This document shows positions 51,607 to 60,940 of a stretch of 64,000 nt of DNA, in pieces. The number at the start of each line of letters is the position of its first letter. Position 1 is the first letter of the stretch. The position numbers were made by a program, and so were the translations under genes. Origin of the DNA: Candidatus Aldehydirespirator sp. (GTDB taxonomy: Bacteria > Actinomycetota > Acidimicrobiia > Acidimicrobiales > Aldehydirespiratoraceae); contig OZ244866.1 in assembly GCA_965221185.1 (NCBI GenBank), positions 2,390,901 through 2,454,900 on the forward strand. The letters run 5' to 3'. The notes under the pieces are model-generated. The model was not told where the DNA came from. It worked only from the letters and a program-made list of their open reading frames with translations, and searched no databases.

Positions 51607-53238
51607 CCTGAATCCACCGACGGGTTTGTGGGATCGACGGTTTGGGGCTGGGTGGCCGCTGGGTTGGTGCGTGTGTGCGGGCCGGCGCGTTTTGGGGCGT
51701 GCGGGGCTGGAGTGCGGGGCTGGTGTGGTTGGTGGCGGGTGGGGTGCGGCTGCGCTGCGCCGGGCGCTGTGGGCGGGTCAGATGAGTTGGGGCAGGCTGC
51801 GGGTCCGGTCGAGGGCGGTGGTAAAGGTTTTTGCCCATGGCCAGTTGAGCGGCAGGCGCAGTTTGTGGCGGCCGCTGTGGTTGACGAGGCGGCCTGGCAC
51901 GGTGAGGAGCCGGTTGCGGATGGTGGCGGTGACGGTGAGCTGGCGCGTGGGGTGGGCGCGGCCGAGGCGGGCGGTCCAGCGCGCGAGGTTGTGCGCGAGC
52001 ACGCAGCAGGCGAGCCAGGCGCCGTTGGCGGGGAACCGTCCTGAGGGGCAGCGGCTGAGCCCGGCGCTCTCTTTGAGGTCACGAATGGCGAGTTCCACGG
52101 TGGCGTGGGCTCGGTGGTAGGTGTCGGCGGCACAGGTGTCGAGGTCGGCTCTGTCGGTGACGAAGCAGTGGTGGCGCCAGTTGGGCCACAGTTCGCGTTG
52201 GGCGCCGATGAGGCGGGTGCGGCGCACGATGAGCCGCAGCTTCGCGGGCGCGCCGTCGCGGCCGCGGAGCTTGTCGCCGCGGCGGCCGGCATCGATGGTG
52301 CTCTCAGCGACTTGCGCCTCGCCGCCGCGGGTGTATTCGATGCTTGCCCAGTCGTTGTCGCCGATGGCCGCTATGGCTGCTTTGACCTTGGCGTTCTGTG
52401 GGATCGTGATCGAGTAGGACGCGCCGTGGGCGCCGATGGCCGCGATCATCCCATAGGAGAAGAACCCCGCGTCGGCGCGCACCGTCACGCTCGCGTCCGC
52501 CCCCAGGCGCCGCAGGCGCGCCAGCGCCTCGCGAGCGAAGTGCTCGTTGCCGCGCTGAGACGATCCCGACCGCATCCGAGAGTGCAGCACCTCGCCGGTG
52601 TCTGAGCGCACCGCCACCAGCGGGTGATAGCCCAACACGCCGGTGTGGCCGTACGCGGCGCCGTGCTTGGCCTTGCCGCACACCTCACACACCGTGGAGT
52701 CCAGATCCAGCGTCATCTCCGCGACGTCGGGCGCGGCGCCAACAGACCACGCCCGCGTCTGTGCCGACTCCAGAGCCTTGTCGAGCTGGCGCACATGCCC
52801 GAACGTGAACGACCTCAAGAACGTCCCCAGCGTCGACGGCGCCAACGGCGCGAACGGCAGCACCGCCGCCGCTGAGCCCGACCGCAGCCGCTGCGCGTCG
52901 TTGATGCAGCAGCCGCCCACCAGCATCGACGCCACCAAAGACAGCACCTTGCGGCCCGAGCCCGCCGACCCGCCCGGACGCACCACCTCGTCGATCAGCG
53001 CCTCCAGGCCCAGTCTCGACATCACCGTGCCCGCCAGCAACAACCCCGCGTCCCCCACCAGCGAAGCGTCGTCGAACACCGCCTCCAACCCGTCGATCCC
53101 CCCTGATACGCTCCTCACAGGAAGTGCCTCCTCACATGGCCAGAATGATCGCTATTGACAACGGCATTCTCCCATGTCAGGAGGCCTTTCTGGTGGTCGC
53201 GCCACACCCAGAGACCTCACCGCGTCGGTGGATTCAGG
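51607..53238 (-). mobile_element. IS1380-family insertion sequence, apparently intact
   Basis: 16-bp perfect terminal inverted repeats CCTGAATCCACCGACG (51607-51622) and CGTCGGTGGATTCAGG (53223-53238), flanked by direct CTAAG at 51602-51606 and 53239-53243. Confidence 0.75.
51778..53118 (-). CDS. IS1380-family DDE transposase
   Basis: 446 aa. The pattern LDLDSTVCEVCGK...GAAYGHTGVLGYHPL...VRADAGFFS...CFVTD matches IS1380/Tnp_DDE as recalled. Confidence 0.75.
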   Translation of the reverse strand: MRSVSGGIDGLEAVFDDASLVGDAGLLLAGTVMSRLGLEALIDEVVRPGGSAGSGRKVLSLVASMLVGGCCINDAQRLRSGSAAAVLPFAPLAPSTLGTFLRSFTFGHVRQLDKALESAQTRAWSVGAAPDVAEMTLDLDSTVCEVCGKAKHGAAYGHTGVLGYHPLVAVRSDTGEVLHSRMRSGSSQRGNEHFAREALARLRRLGADASVTVRADAGFFSYGMIAAIGAHGASYSITIPQNAKVKAAIAAIGDNDWASIEYTRGGEAQVAESTIDAGRRGDKLRGRDGAPAKLRLIVRRTRLIGAQRELWPNWRHHCFVTDRADLDTCAADTYHRAHATVELAIRDLKESAGLSRCPSGRFPANGAWLACCVLAHNLARWTARLGRAHPTRQLTVTATIRNRLLTVPGRLVNHSGRHKLRLPLNWPWAKTFTTALDRTRSLPQLI

Positions 53239-53291
53239 CTAAGAGACTGAGCGGACAGGCGACAGTTCACGAGGATCTTCTGGACTGATGG

Positions 53292-54056
53292 TCAGACGCG
53301 CAAGTCCGGGCGCCGGGCCGCGGCCGCTGCGCCGACGACGCCGGCATGGACACCGAGATGGGCCACCGAGATGGGCTTCGACAGCTTGAGCCTCGACGCG
53401 AACCGGTCGAAGTTCTCGCTCAGCCCGCCGCCCACCACCCAGCGGGACGGATTGAGCATCGCTTCGAGCTCGTCGAAGAAGGGCTGGGCCCGGCGGGCCC
53501 ACGCGACGGGGGTGAGCTCCTCGTTGGAGATCGCCCGGCCCGACGCGATCTCCTCGAAGCGCCCGTTCGTGCCGACGAGTCCGCCCAGTTCGGAGTTGGC
53601 GATGAGATCGCCGTTGTGGAGCAGGGCGCTGCCGATGCCTGTCCCGAACGTGAGCACGATGGTGAGCCCGGCCCGATCGAGTCCGGCGTCGCCGTAGGTC
53701 AGCTCGGCCAGTCCGGCTGCGTCGGCGTCGTTGATAAGCACCGCGTGGGCGCCCTCGGGGGCTCTCAGGCACGCGAGCGCGCCGTCCTTCTTCCATGCGG
53801 TGGACAGATTGGGAGCATGGCGCAGCGACGACCCGTCTATCACGCCCGGCAGGGCCACACCGACCGGGCCCGACCAGGCCGCGGCGTCGGCGATGCGGCC
53901 GATCGCGGCCACCACGTCGCCGGGTGTCGCCGTCGGCGGTGTCGGCTCGGTGTGGATGCCTCCGGCCAACTCGCCTGCGCCCAGATCGACGACGGCGCCC
54001 TTGATGCTGGTGCCCCCGACATCGACGCCGAGCTGCACGGCGGACCGTCGGCTCAT
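53292..54056 (-). CDS. ROK-family sugar kinase (polyphosphate/ATP glucokinase-like)
   Basis: The ATG at 54056 overlaps the upstream stop (ATGA). Motifs LGVDVGGTSIKGAVVD and TFGTGIGSAL. Confidence 0.7.
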   Translation of the reverse strand: MSRRSAVQLGVDVGGTSIKGAVVDLGAGELAGGIHTEPTPPTATPGDVVAAIGRIADAAAWSGPVGVALPGVIDGSSLRHAPNLSTAWKKDGALACLRAPEGAHAVLINDADAAGLAELTYGDAGLDRAGLTIVLTFGTGIGSALLHNGDLIANSELGGLVGTNGRFEEIASGRAISNEELTPVAWARRAQPFFDELEAMLNPSRWVVGGGLSENFDRFASRLKLSKPISVAHLGVHAGVVGAAAAARRPDLRV

Positions 54057-54838
54057 GGGTCCGAGTCGCCGGTCTTGGCACCGGTGATGTAGGCCACGAG
54101 ATCGTCCTTTGTCACGTCGCCCACCTCGACCTCCACCGTCTTGCGACCCTGGCGCAGCACCACAGCCCGGTCGCACACCTCGGTGACGCGGTCCATGTTG
54201 TGGGTGATGAGCAGCACCGCGACGCCCGAGTCGCGCAAGCTTCGGATCAGGTCCAGCACCCGGGCCGCCTGCTCCACCCCGAGCGCGGCGGCGGGCTCGT
54301 CGAGCAGGACGATCTGCTGGCCCCAGGCGACGGCCCGGCCGATGGCCACCGCCTGGCGCTGGCCTCCCGACAGTGCGTTCATAGGCCGGCGCAGCGACGG
54401 GATGCGGATGTCGAGGCGTCCCAGGATCTCGCCGGACTCCACCCGCATGCGCTTCTTGTCGAGCACCCCGAGCCATGCGCCGAGCCGCCCGCCCCGGGTG
54501 TGCTCGCGGTTCATGAACAGGTTCTCGACCACGTCGAGAGGATCGATGACAGCCAGGGTCTGGTGGACGGTCTCGATGCCGAGCGACCGGGCGACCTCCG
54601 GCGAGGGGACGACCTGCTCGACGCCGTTGACCCGAATCACCCCCGAGTCGGGCGCATAGATGCCGGAGATGCACTTGACGAGCGTCGACTTGCCCGCGCC
54701 GTTGTCGCCGAGAAGGGCAGTCACCCGTCCGTAGCGCAGGTCCATGGCCACATCCTCAAGCGCCCGAACCGCCCGGAACGACTTCGACAGGCCGGACACC
54801 TCGAGCGCGGCCCGATCAGTCGTCGCCACGGATGTCAC
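54053..54838 (-). CDS. Sugar-type ABC transporter ATP-binding protein
   Basis: Walker A GDNGAGKST, signature LSGGQRQ and Walker B VLLDEP. The GTG at 54838 overlaps the upstream stop. Confidence 0.8.
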   Translation of the reverse strand: MTSVATTDRAALEVSGLSKSFRAVRALEDVAMDLRYGRVTALLGDNGAGKSTLVKCISGIYAPDSGVIRVNGVEQVVPSPEVARSLGIETVHQTLAVIDPLDVVENLFMNREHTRGGRLGAWLGVLDKKRMRVESGEILGRLDIRIPSLRRPMNALSGGQRQAVAIGRAVAWGQQIVLLDEPAAALGVEQAARVLDLIRSLRDSGVAVLLITHNMDRVTEVCDRAVVLRQGRKTVEVEVGDVTKDDLVAYITGAKTGDSDP

Positions 54839-56043
54839 CGCCAAGTCCCAAACGGTGCAGCGTCGCCGAAGCCGTTCCACACTCCCGTGACTCGGGGCTG
54901 GCCCTCAGACACGCCTGCCAGGCCGACGATCGACGCCCTGGTGACGAAGGCCTGCACGCGGAAGCCGAAGACCACCGTCGCTCCCTCGGCCACCATCCGG
55001 TGGCCGCCGGGATGCATACGGGCGTAGTAGTCGATACCGGCGGGATCGGGCATGTCCACCGGCACCGGCTCGGTCGAGGCCTCCGACGGGTCATGGGCCA
55101 CGACGGCTCGCACTCCGTAGTCGCCGAACACCGGATCGACGTACAGCCCTCCGCCGAAGCACAGCGGCACGCCCTGGTGGATGTGGGCCACCTCGCTGAG
55201 ATAGAGCACGGCGGGGCGCTCGGGGAGCTCCTGCACCGCATGCAGCGGGGTGGTGCCGGTGAGCCCGTGGCCCGGCTCGACCTGGGTGGCGCCGGACTCG
55301 GCCAGCATCGCGAGCACCTCGGTGGAGGTGGTGCCCGGCGCGTTGATCTCCAGCCGCTCGGGACAGGCCGGGTGGCGGCGGGCGATCTCCGCGGCCCGGG
55401 CCAGGGTCTCGACGTTCGGGGTGAGCCTGGCCCCGCCGGTGGAGGCGTCGAAGAGCAGGGCCGGGAAGGTGGTCAGCCCGGCGAACTCCGCACCCTCCAT
55501 CCCGGTGATGCGATCGATCATCGCGGGCAGGTCGGCTAGAGCCACGCCGCCCTCGTGGCCGGCGTAGAACTGATCGCCGTCAGCGAACACCCGGACCAGC
55601 AGACGCTGGGACCTGCCCCGGGCGCGGGCCGCGGCTGCAGCTTCCGCGCCTTTGTTCTCGGAGAAGACCGTCCAATAATCGGGTTCCAGTCCAGCGGCTT
55701 CGACAGCTTCGGCCCTAGGCACCTGCACCAGATGGCCGAGATGGCCAAGGTTGTGCCCGTTGCCGACGATGGGGCGGGCGCCAGCCATGTCGACGGCGAC
55801 GAAGCCGTCGACGCCACCGGCGGCCATGGCCGCCAGCGCCCCCGGAGCCCGGCCGATCTGTTTGGTCATGGCATAAACGGTTAGGCCCAGCCGGTGGGCC
55901 TGCTGGCACAGCCCGGCTGTGTTCGATTCGATCGTGTCGAGGTCGAGAACGCAGCTGTTGACCGGAATCTGGCCCGCCTGATGAAGCTCGACCGCGGCCT
56001 GCACGAACTGCGGGTTGCGCGCCAGCAGGGACCGAAGAAACAC
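54835..56043 (-). CDS. YhfX-like alanine-racemase-fold (PLP barrel) protein
   Basis: 402 aa. The N-terminus LDLDTIESN...YAMTKQ is typical of the Ala-racemase N-terminal domain Lys region. The architecture resembles E. coli YhfX as recalled. Confidence 0.5.
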   Translation of the reverse strand: MFLRSLLARNPQFVQAAVELHQAGQIPVNSCVLDLDTIESNTAGLCQQAHRLGLTVYAMTKQIGRAPGALAAMAAGGVDGFVAVDMAGARPIVGNGHNLGHLGHLVQVPRAEAVEAAGLEPDYWTVFSENKGAEAAAAARARGRSQRLLVRVFADGDQFYAGHEGGVALADLPAMIDRITGMEGAEFAGLTTFPALLFDASTGGARLTPNVETLARAAEIARRHPACPERLEINAPGTTSTEVLAMLAESGATQVEPGHGLTGTTPLHAVQELPERPAVLYLSEVAHIHQGVPLCFGGGLYVDPVFGDYGVRAVVAHDPSEASTEPVPVDMPDPAGIDYYARMHPGGHRMVAEGATVVFGFRVQAFVTRASIVGLAGVSEGQPRVTGVWNGFGDAAPFGTWR

Positions 56044-56044
56044 G

Positions 56045-57046
56045 TCAGGTCTCCTTCTGCTCTCGCATGCTCAGCGCCACCGCCAAGATGATGATGGCGC
56101 CCCGGGCGATGAGCTGGTCGGCGACCCGCAGGCCCATCAGGATCAGGCCATTGTTGAGCATTGCCATCACCACCGACCCCGCTATGGCGCCGGCTACCGA
56201 GGCCCGGCCACCGAACAGGTTGGTGCCGCCGATGACCACGGCCGCGATAACCGTGAGCAGCAGGTTCTCGCCTAGGTCGTGGCGCCCTATGGCCAGCCGG
56301 CCCGCCAACAGCACGCCCGCGAACGAGGCCGCGGCCGCGCTGGTCATCAGCGCCGTGATGCGTATCCGGGCGGTGTTGATGCCGAGCGCCCCGGCTGCGG
56401 CGCGGTCGGCGCCCACCGACAGCACGTGGCGGCCCCAGCGGAGCTGGTGCAGCACGAGATGCCCGATCAGGCCGACCACGACAGTCCAGATGAGCAGCGA
56501 CGAGATCGGCCCAGCCGATCCGGCGCCGAAGACGGCCAAAAAGGTGTCGTTGCGGATCGGCAGCGACTGAAGGTTGTTCATGTTGCGGGCGATGCCGCTG
56601 ACGATGCCGAGCATCCCCAAGGTCACGAGAAACGAAGGGATGCGCACTCTCACGGTTATCAGGCCGTTGACGAGCCCGATGCAGGCTCCGACCGCCAACG
56701 CCGCGGCCGCGCCGGCCGCGAACCCGTAGCTGCCCACCGCCTCGGCCGCCACCAGCGACGACAGGGCAGCGACCGATCCGACCGACAGGTCGATCTCCGC
56801 CGCGGCCAGGGCGAAGGCCATTCCCACCGCCATCACCGCGATCGGGGCCGCCTGCCGGCCGATGTTGAGAAGGTTGGAGGCGGTCAGGAACCCGTCGTCT
56901 CGCAGGATCACCGCGAACAGACCGAAGATGAGCGCCGCGGCCGCGTACACCACGTACTGGCGCGGCCCCGCGTCCTGGCGCCGCCGTGCCAGCCATTGAT
57001 GGGCGGCTGCCGGCAGCAGCCCGGCCGCGGCGGAGTCTTCAGTCAT
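56045..57046 (-). CDS. ABC transporter permease (ribose/xylose-type)
   Basis: About 9 hydrophobic segments and a conserved region similar to the RbsC class. Confidence 0.7.
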   Translation of the reverse strand: MTEDSAAAGLLPAAAHQWLARRRQDAGPRQYVVYAAAALIFGLFAVILRDDGFLTASNLLNIGRQAAPIAVMAVGMAFALAAAEIDLSVGSVAALSSLVAAEAVGSYGFAAGAAAALAVGACIGLVNGLITVRVRIPSFLVTLGMLGIVSGIARNMNNLQSLPIRNDTFLAVFGAGSAGPISSLLIWTVVVGLIGHLVLHQLRWGRHVLSVGADRAAAGALGINTARIRITALMTSAAAASFAGVLLAGRLAIGRHDLGENLLLTVIAAVVIGGTNLFGGRASVAGAIAGSVVMAMLNNGLILMGLRVADQLIARGAIIILAVALSMREQKET

Positions 57047-57098
57047 GGGTCCCTCACTGAGCCTGCCTTCATCTCCGGCGGCGGTCCAACCCTGGCCG

Positions 57099-57162
57099 CC
57101 GCCGGAGCTTCAGGCAAGTGTGCCGCTTAGCCGCCGGAGCTTCAGGCAAGTGTGCTGCTTAG
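57099..57162. repeat. 32-bp tandem duplication spanning the 3' end of the binding-protein gene
   Basis: CCGCCGGAGCTTCAGGCAAGTGTGC(C/T)GCTTAG occurs twice back to back with one mismatch. The second copy carries the real stop codon. A 10-bp stem hairpin sits at 57075-57105. Confidence 0.8.
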
Positions 57163-58340
57163 CCGCCGAGGGCGTCGAGAACCTCTTGGGGAGGATCTGC
57201 GACCAGCGACTGGCGGTAGCCCTCGACAATGTTGTCGGCGGTGACGCCGATGGCCGGCACAACCGCGAACGCCGGGGCCGGCTTCCCGAGCAGCCCGTAG
57301 GCACCCTCGATGGCCATGGTGCGGCCGAGGTTGTAGGCCTCGTCGGCGGCTATGCCCACGACATTGCCGCCCTCCACCAGGTCGAGCGACACGTTGGTGT
57401 CGAGGTCCATGGTCACCAGAGCCACATCGGAGGCACCGGCGGCCCGCAGCGCGGCCAGCACGCCGTCGGCCGGTCCCGCCGACCACGGAGCGTAGATGCC
57501 GTCGAGGTCGGGGTTGCGGATCAGCATCGCCGACGCGATCTCCTCCGCCGCGGCCGGGTCGGCCAAGCCCTGCTCGGCAACGATCTCGATGCCGGGATAG
57601 TTGATCTCGATCCAGGACTTGAAGGCCTGGTCGCGCTGGTTGGTGACGTAGTAGGCCGCGTCGTGGAAGATGTAGCCGACCTCACCTTCGCCGCCGAGCG
57701 CGTCGGCGAGCAGGTCCGCGGCGGTGATGCCCATGGCCGCGAGGTCGTCGGTGACGATGCCCACGTAGTCCTGGCCGTGGACGTAGCCCTGGGGCACGTT
57801 GGACAGGAACACGAGCTGCACGCCCGCGTCGACGGCCGGGCGGAACGCCTCGGCGCCGGCGTCGGGGCCGATGGCCAGACTGACGATGATGTCGGGGTTC
57901 TGAGCCATGACCGTCTCCACGTCGTTGGCCTGCTGGGCCGCGTCGAAGTTGGCGTTGGTCTCGGCGACGACCTCGATCCCGAGCTCCTCGAAGGCATCGC
58001 GGGCGCCCTGGCTCACCGCATCGGTGAACGCCCCCGCGGTGTGCCACAGCAGCGCGGCGCTGTAGCCGCCCTCCTGAACCTCGGCGATCTCGGCGTTACT
58101 CAGCGTGATCTCGCTGGACGGCACGGCCTCCTCGCCCCCGGGCCCCTGGGTCTGGGGCGGCTCAGGCGCCGGCTCCGGCGCGGCCGTCGTGGTGGGCGCG
58201 GCTGTGGTCGTAGGTGCGGCTGTAGTGGTGGTCGGCGCGGCGTCGTCATCATCGTCGCCGCACGCGGCCGCAAGGACCGCGAACACGGCTAGCACTGACG
58301 CGAGTAGCAGCCACGGAGGCTTCTTGCATTTGGTTGTCAT
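57159..58340 (-). CDS. Sugar ABC transporter substrate-binding lipoprotein
   Basis: An AGGGAGGGG RBS precedes the ATG at 58340. Lipobox LAAAC, then a low-complexity linker, then a periplasmic-binding-protein type I pattern. Confidence 0.7.
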   Translation of the reverse strand: MTTKCKKPPWLLLASVLAVFAVLAAACGDDDDDAAPTTTTAAPTTTAAPTTTAAPEPAPEPPQTQGPGGEEAVPSSEITLSNAEIAEVQEGGYSAALLWHTAGAFTDAVSQGARDAFEELGIEVVAETNANFDAAQQANDVETVMAQNPDIIVSLAIGPDAGAEAFRPAVDAGVQLVFLSNVPQGYVHGQDYVGIVTDDLAAMGITAADLLADALGGEGEVGYIFHDAAYYVTNQRDQAFKSWIEINYPGIEIVAEQGLADPAAAEEIASAMLIRNPDLDGIYAPWSAGPADGVLAALRAAGASDVALVTMDLDTNVSLDLVEGGNVVGIAADEAYNLGRTMAIEGAYGLLGKPAPAFAVVPAIGVTADNIVEGYRQSLVADPPQEVLDALGG

Positions 58341-58362
58341 GACCCCTCCCTTTGGGTCCGGT

Positions 58363-59613
58363 TTATAGATCGCGGGCACCGCACCATTCGGCGATGAAGT
58401 GCGCCAGGGTGCGGGTCGCCGTCACCAGATCGTCAATAGCGAGCCGCTCGAACGGGGTGTGGCAGTTGGAGATGTCGCCGGGGCCGAAGTACACGCCGGG
58501 GATCTGCAGATCCCGCAGGAACGGCTTCTCCGACCAGTACGGCGCACCCTCCACCCGGGCCGGTTCGCCGGTCACCGACTCGATCGACCGGGCCAGCGCA
58601 GCCACTCCTGGATGGTCGGCCGATATCTCGTCGGGTGTGCCCCCGAACTGGTGGTCGCGGGGCGCGCTGAACTCCACGGCGCAGTCCACGCCGTGGTCGC
58701 CCGCGACCTCTTCGGCGATGGCCCGGATGGTCTCGGCTGCGGCGTCGAGGCTCTCAGCGGGCAAGACCTTGCGGATCAGGGACAGCTCGAAGCGGCCCGG
58801 CACCGCGATGTTGCCTCCGGAGGTGACCAATGTGACCAGCAGGAAGGCCTCGCCCAGCAGCTCGTGGGCGGGCACCGACGCCCGCAGATGGTCGGAGTGC
58901 TGCCACAGCCGGTCGAGCAGGCCGTGCCCGGCCCGCAGCGCGTCGACGCCGAGCTCGGGCCGGCCGAAGTAGGCGGAGACGCCCGTATAGGCGATGTCGG
59001 CGATGAGGAAGCCCATCTGGGCGGTGTAGATCGCCGAGGTCGTCGGCTCGGTGTAGATCGCGAAGTCCGCGTCAGGTTGCGGGCCGGCGCGGCCCTCGAC
59101 CGCGGCCCGCATCCCGGCCGAGACTCCGCTGCCGGGCTGGCCCGATTCCTCGTCGCAGACGAAAAGCATCGACACCCGGCCGGCAGGCCGCAGGCCTGCC
59201 CGGCTGAAGGCCCGGACCGCCTCGATGGTGGCGCAGATGCCTGCCTTCTGGTCGGCTACCCCCCGACCCCATATCTCGCCGTCGATCACGTGGGCTCCGA
59301 AGGGATCCTGCCGATCGGTTCCTCTCCAGTGCTGACGCCAGTCGTCGGTCGCCACGGTGTCGAGGTGGCCGGCGAGCAGCAGCGACCTTCCCGGGCCGTC
59401 CCCCGCGGTGGCGCACACATTGGGCCGGCCCGGCTCGCACTCGAAGAGTTCGGCAGAGTCGAAGGCGTCCGACTCTGCCATGTGGCGCCAGGCCCAGCGT
59501 GCGAAGGCTTCTTCGTTGGGCGTGACGCTGGGAATGCGGGTGGCCTCGCGGGCGAGTTCGGTGACCGCCGCGCCGTCTACTGCCTCCGCGACCCGCGTGG
59601 CGCCGCTCGTCAT
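58363..59613 (-). CDS. M20-family metallopeptidase / deacylase (ArgE/DapE type)
   Basis: Motifs LLAGHLDTV, GRGVADQKAG and CDEESG. The ATG at 59613 overlaps the regulator stop (ATGA). Confidence 0.7.
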   Translation of the reverse strand: MTSGATRVAEAVDGAAVTELAREATRIPSVTPNEEAFARWAWRHMAESDAFDSAELFECEPGRPNVCATAGDGPGRSLLLAGHLDTVATDDWRQHWRGTDRQDPFGAHVIDGEIWGRGVADQKAGICATIEAVRAFSRAGLRPAGRVSMLFVCDEESGQPGSGVSAGMRAAVEGRAGPQPDADFAIYTEPTTSAIYTAQMGFLIADIAYTGVSAYFGRPELGVDALRAGHGLLDRLWQHSDHLRASVPAHELLGEAFLLVTLVTSGGNIAVPGRFELSLIRKVLPAESLDAAAETIRAIAEEVAGDHGVDCAVEFSAPRDHQFGGTPDEISADHPGVAALARSIESVTGEPARVEGAPYWSEKPFLRDLQIPGVYFGPGDISNCHTPFERLAIDDLVTATRTLAHFIAEWCGARDL

Positions 59614-60800
59614 TGCTGGTCTCCGAGGATCTCGGGCACGAGAGACTCGTGGATCAACCGCAACGACATGGACACCGCCCCGACCAGAGCTGCCTGCCTG
59701 CCCAACGTGGAGGCAGCCAACTCCGGGGGCGCGGCGACGAGTTGGGCCAGGTGGTCTCGGACGGCGTCCACGAACACGGGGTTGGCCCCGACTCCACCAC
59801 CGAACACGATCCGAGTCGGATCGGCGATGAGGCACAGATGCGACACCGCCAGGGCCATCGCGGCCGCCACCTCGTCGAGCACCACGGCCGCGGCACCGTC
59901 ACCGGAGCCCGCCGCCGCGAAGATCTCGGGAACGTCGGCGCTCGCGTCCAACCCCGAGTGGTAGCCGTCCTCGATGGCCCGGCCGAACCGCTTGCGGATC
60001 GACGGCGCGGAGGCCACATCCTCCAGGGTCACCGGAGCTGCGCCCGGCTGGGGTCGCGAAAGGTGCAGAGAGCCCAGCTCGCCCGCCGATCCGGTGCCGC
60101 CCCGGTAGAGATCGCCACCGACCACCATGCCCAGGCCGATGCCGGTGCCCACCGAGACCGCCGCGAAGTCGCCGTCGGCCTGCTCATCTCCCATTCGGGT
60201 CAGCTCGCCCAGGGCGGCCAGGTTGACGTCGTTCTCCACGTGGATGCGGCCGTCGAAGCGCTCGGCAAGATAGGCGCGCAGGGCCAGATTGTCGAAACCC
60301 GGCAGGTTGAACGCCTGCTCAACGCGGTCGCGGTCGGGCCGGTAGATCCCGGGCACCCCTACGCACACTGCGTCGCATCCGCCGTCGATGTCTTGCAGCA
60401 TCTCGGAGGCTGCGTCGATGAGATTCGCCAGGGCGCTGCGGGCGTCGGGTCCTGTGGTGAGTTCCCGTTCGGCCACGAGGTTGCCGAACAGGTCCGACAG
60501 GCCGACCAGGATCTTGGTCGCGCCGATGTCGGCCACCACCGAATGGCGGGCCGTGGGGACGAGCTCGTAGAGGGCGGCCGGGCGGCCGATCGATCCGGAG
60601 TTGGGACTCTCATCGGAGACCCGCACCAGCCCCGCCGACTCCATGTCGGCGACGAGTGCCGACACGGTGGGCTTGGACAAGCCGGTGGCGCGAGCGATGC
60701 CGGCGCGAGACATCCGCTGGGGATGCGCGGCGAACAGGGCGTCGATTATCCGCTGCCCGCTTAGCAGCCTCAGAACGCCCGAACCTGACCCCTCCGCCAT
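59610..60800 (-). CDS. ROK-family transcriptional regulator (NagC/XylR type)
   Basis: N-terminal wHTH MSRAGIARATGLSKPTVSALV plus a ROK sugar-kinase-like body. Confidence 0.75.
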   Translation of the reverse strand: MAEGSGSGVLRLLSGQRIIDALFAAHPQRMSRAGIARATGLSKPTVSALVADMESAGLVRVSDESPNSGSIGRPAALYELVPTARHSVVADIGATKILVGLSDLFGNLVAERELTTGPDARSALANLIDAASEMLQDIDGGCDAVCVGVPGIYRPDRDRVEQAFNLPGFDNLALRAYLAERFDGRIHVENDVNLAALGELTRMGDEQADGDFAAVSVGTGIGLGMVVGGDLYRGGTGSAGELGSLHLSRPQPGAAPVTLEDVASAPSIRKRFGRAIEDGYHSGLDASADVPEIFAAAGSGDGAAAVVLDEVAAAMALAVSHLCLIADPTRIVFGGGVGANPVFVDAVRDHLAQLVAAPPELAASTLGRQAALVGAVSMSLRLIHESLVPEILGDQQ

Positions 60801-60940
60801 ATTGTTAGTAACATTACCTTACAAACCTTGGCTGTCAAGGGGTTCCGTTCATCCACCCCGTTCATCGGCCTCGTCTCAAGGGTCGGCTCCGAAGGTCCGC
60901 CTCCGCGCGCCGAGGTGGCGGCCCGCCGCTGCGAGCGGGC

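Noticed and set aside
51384-52292. 302-aa Pro/Thr/Ala-rich ORF overlapping the IS element and the FAH gene start
   Set aside because: It crosses the IS inverted repeat, overlaps the transposase frame, and is low-complexity.
54057-54674. N-terminal 206 codons of the 460-aa ORF containing the ROK kinase
   Set aside because: They overlap the ABC ATPase gene out of frame. The ROK homology begins at MSRRSAVQLGVDVGGT (ATG at 54056).
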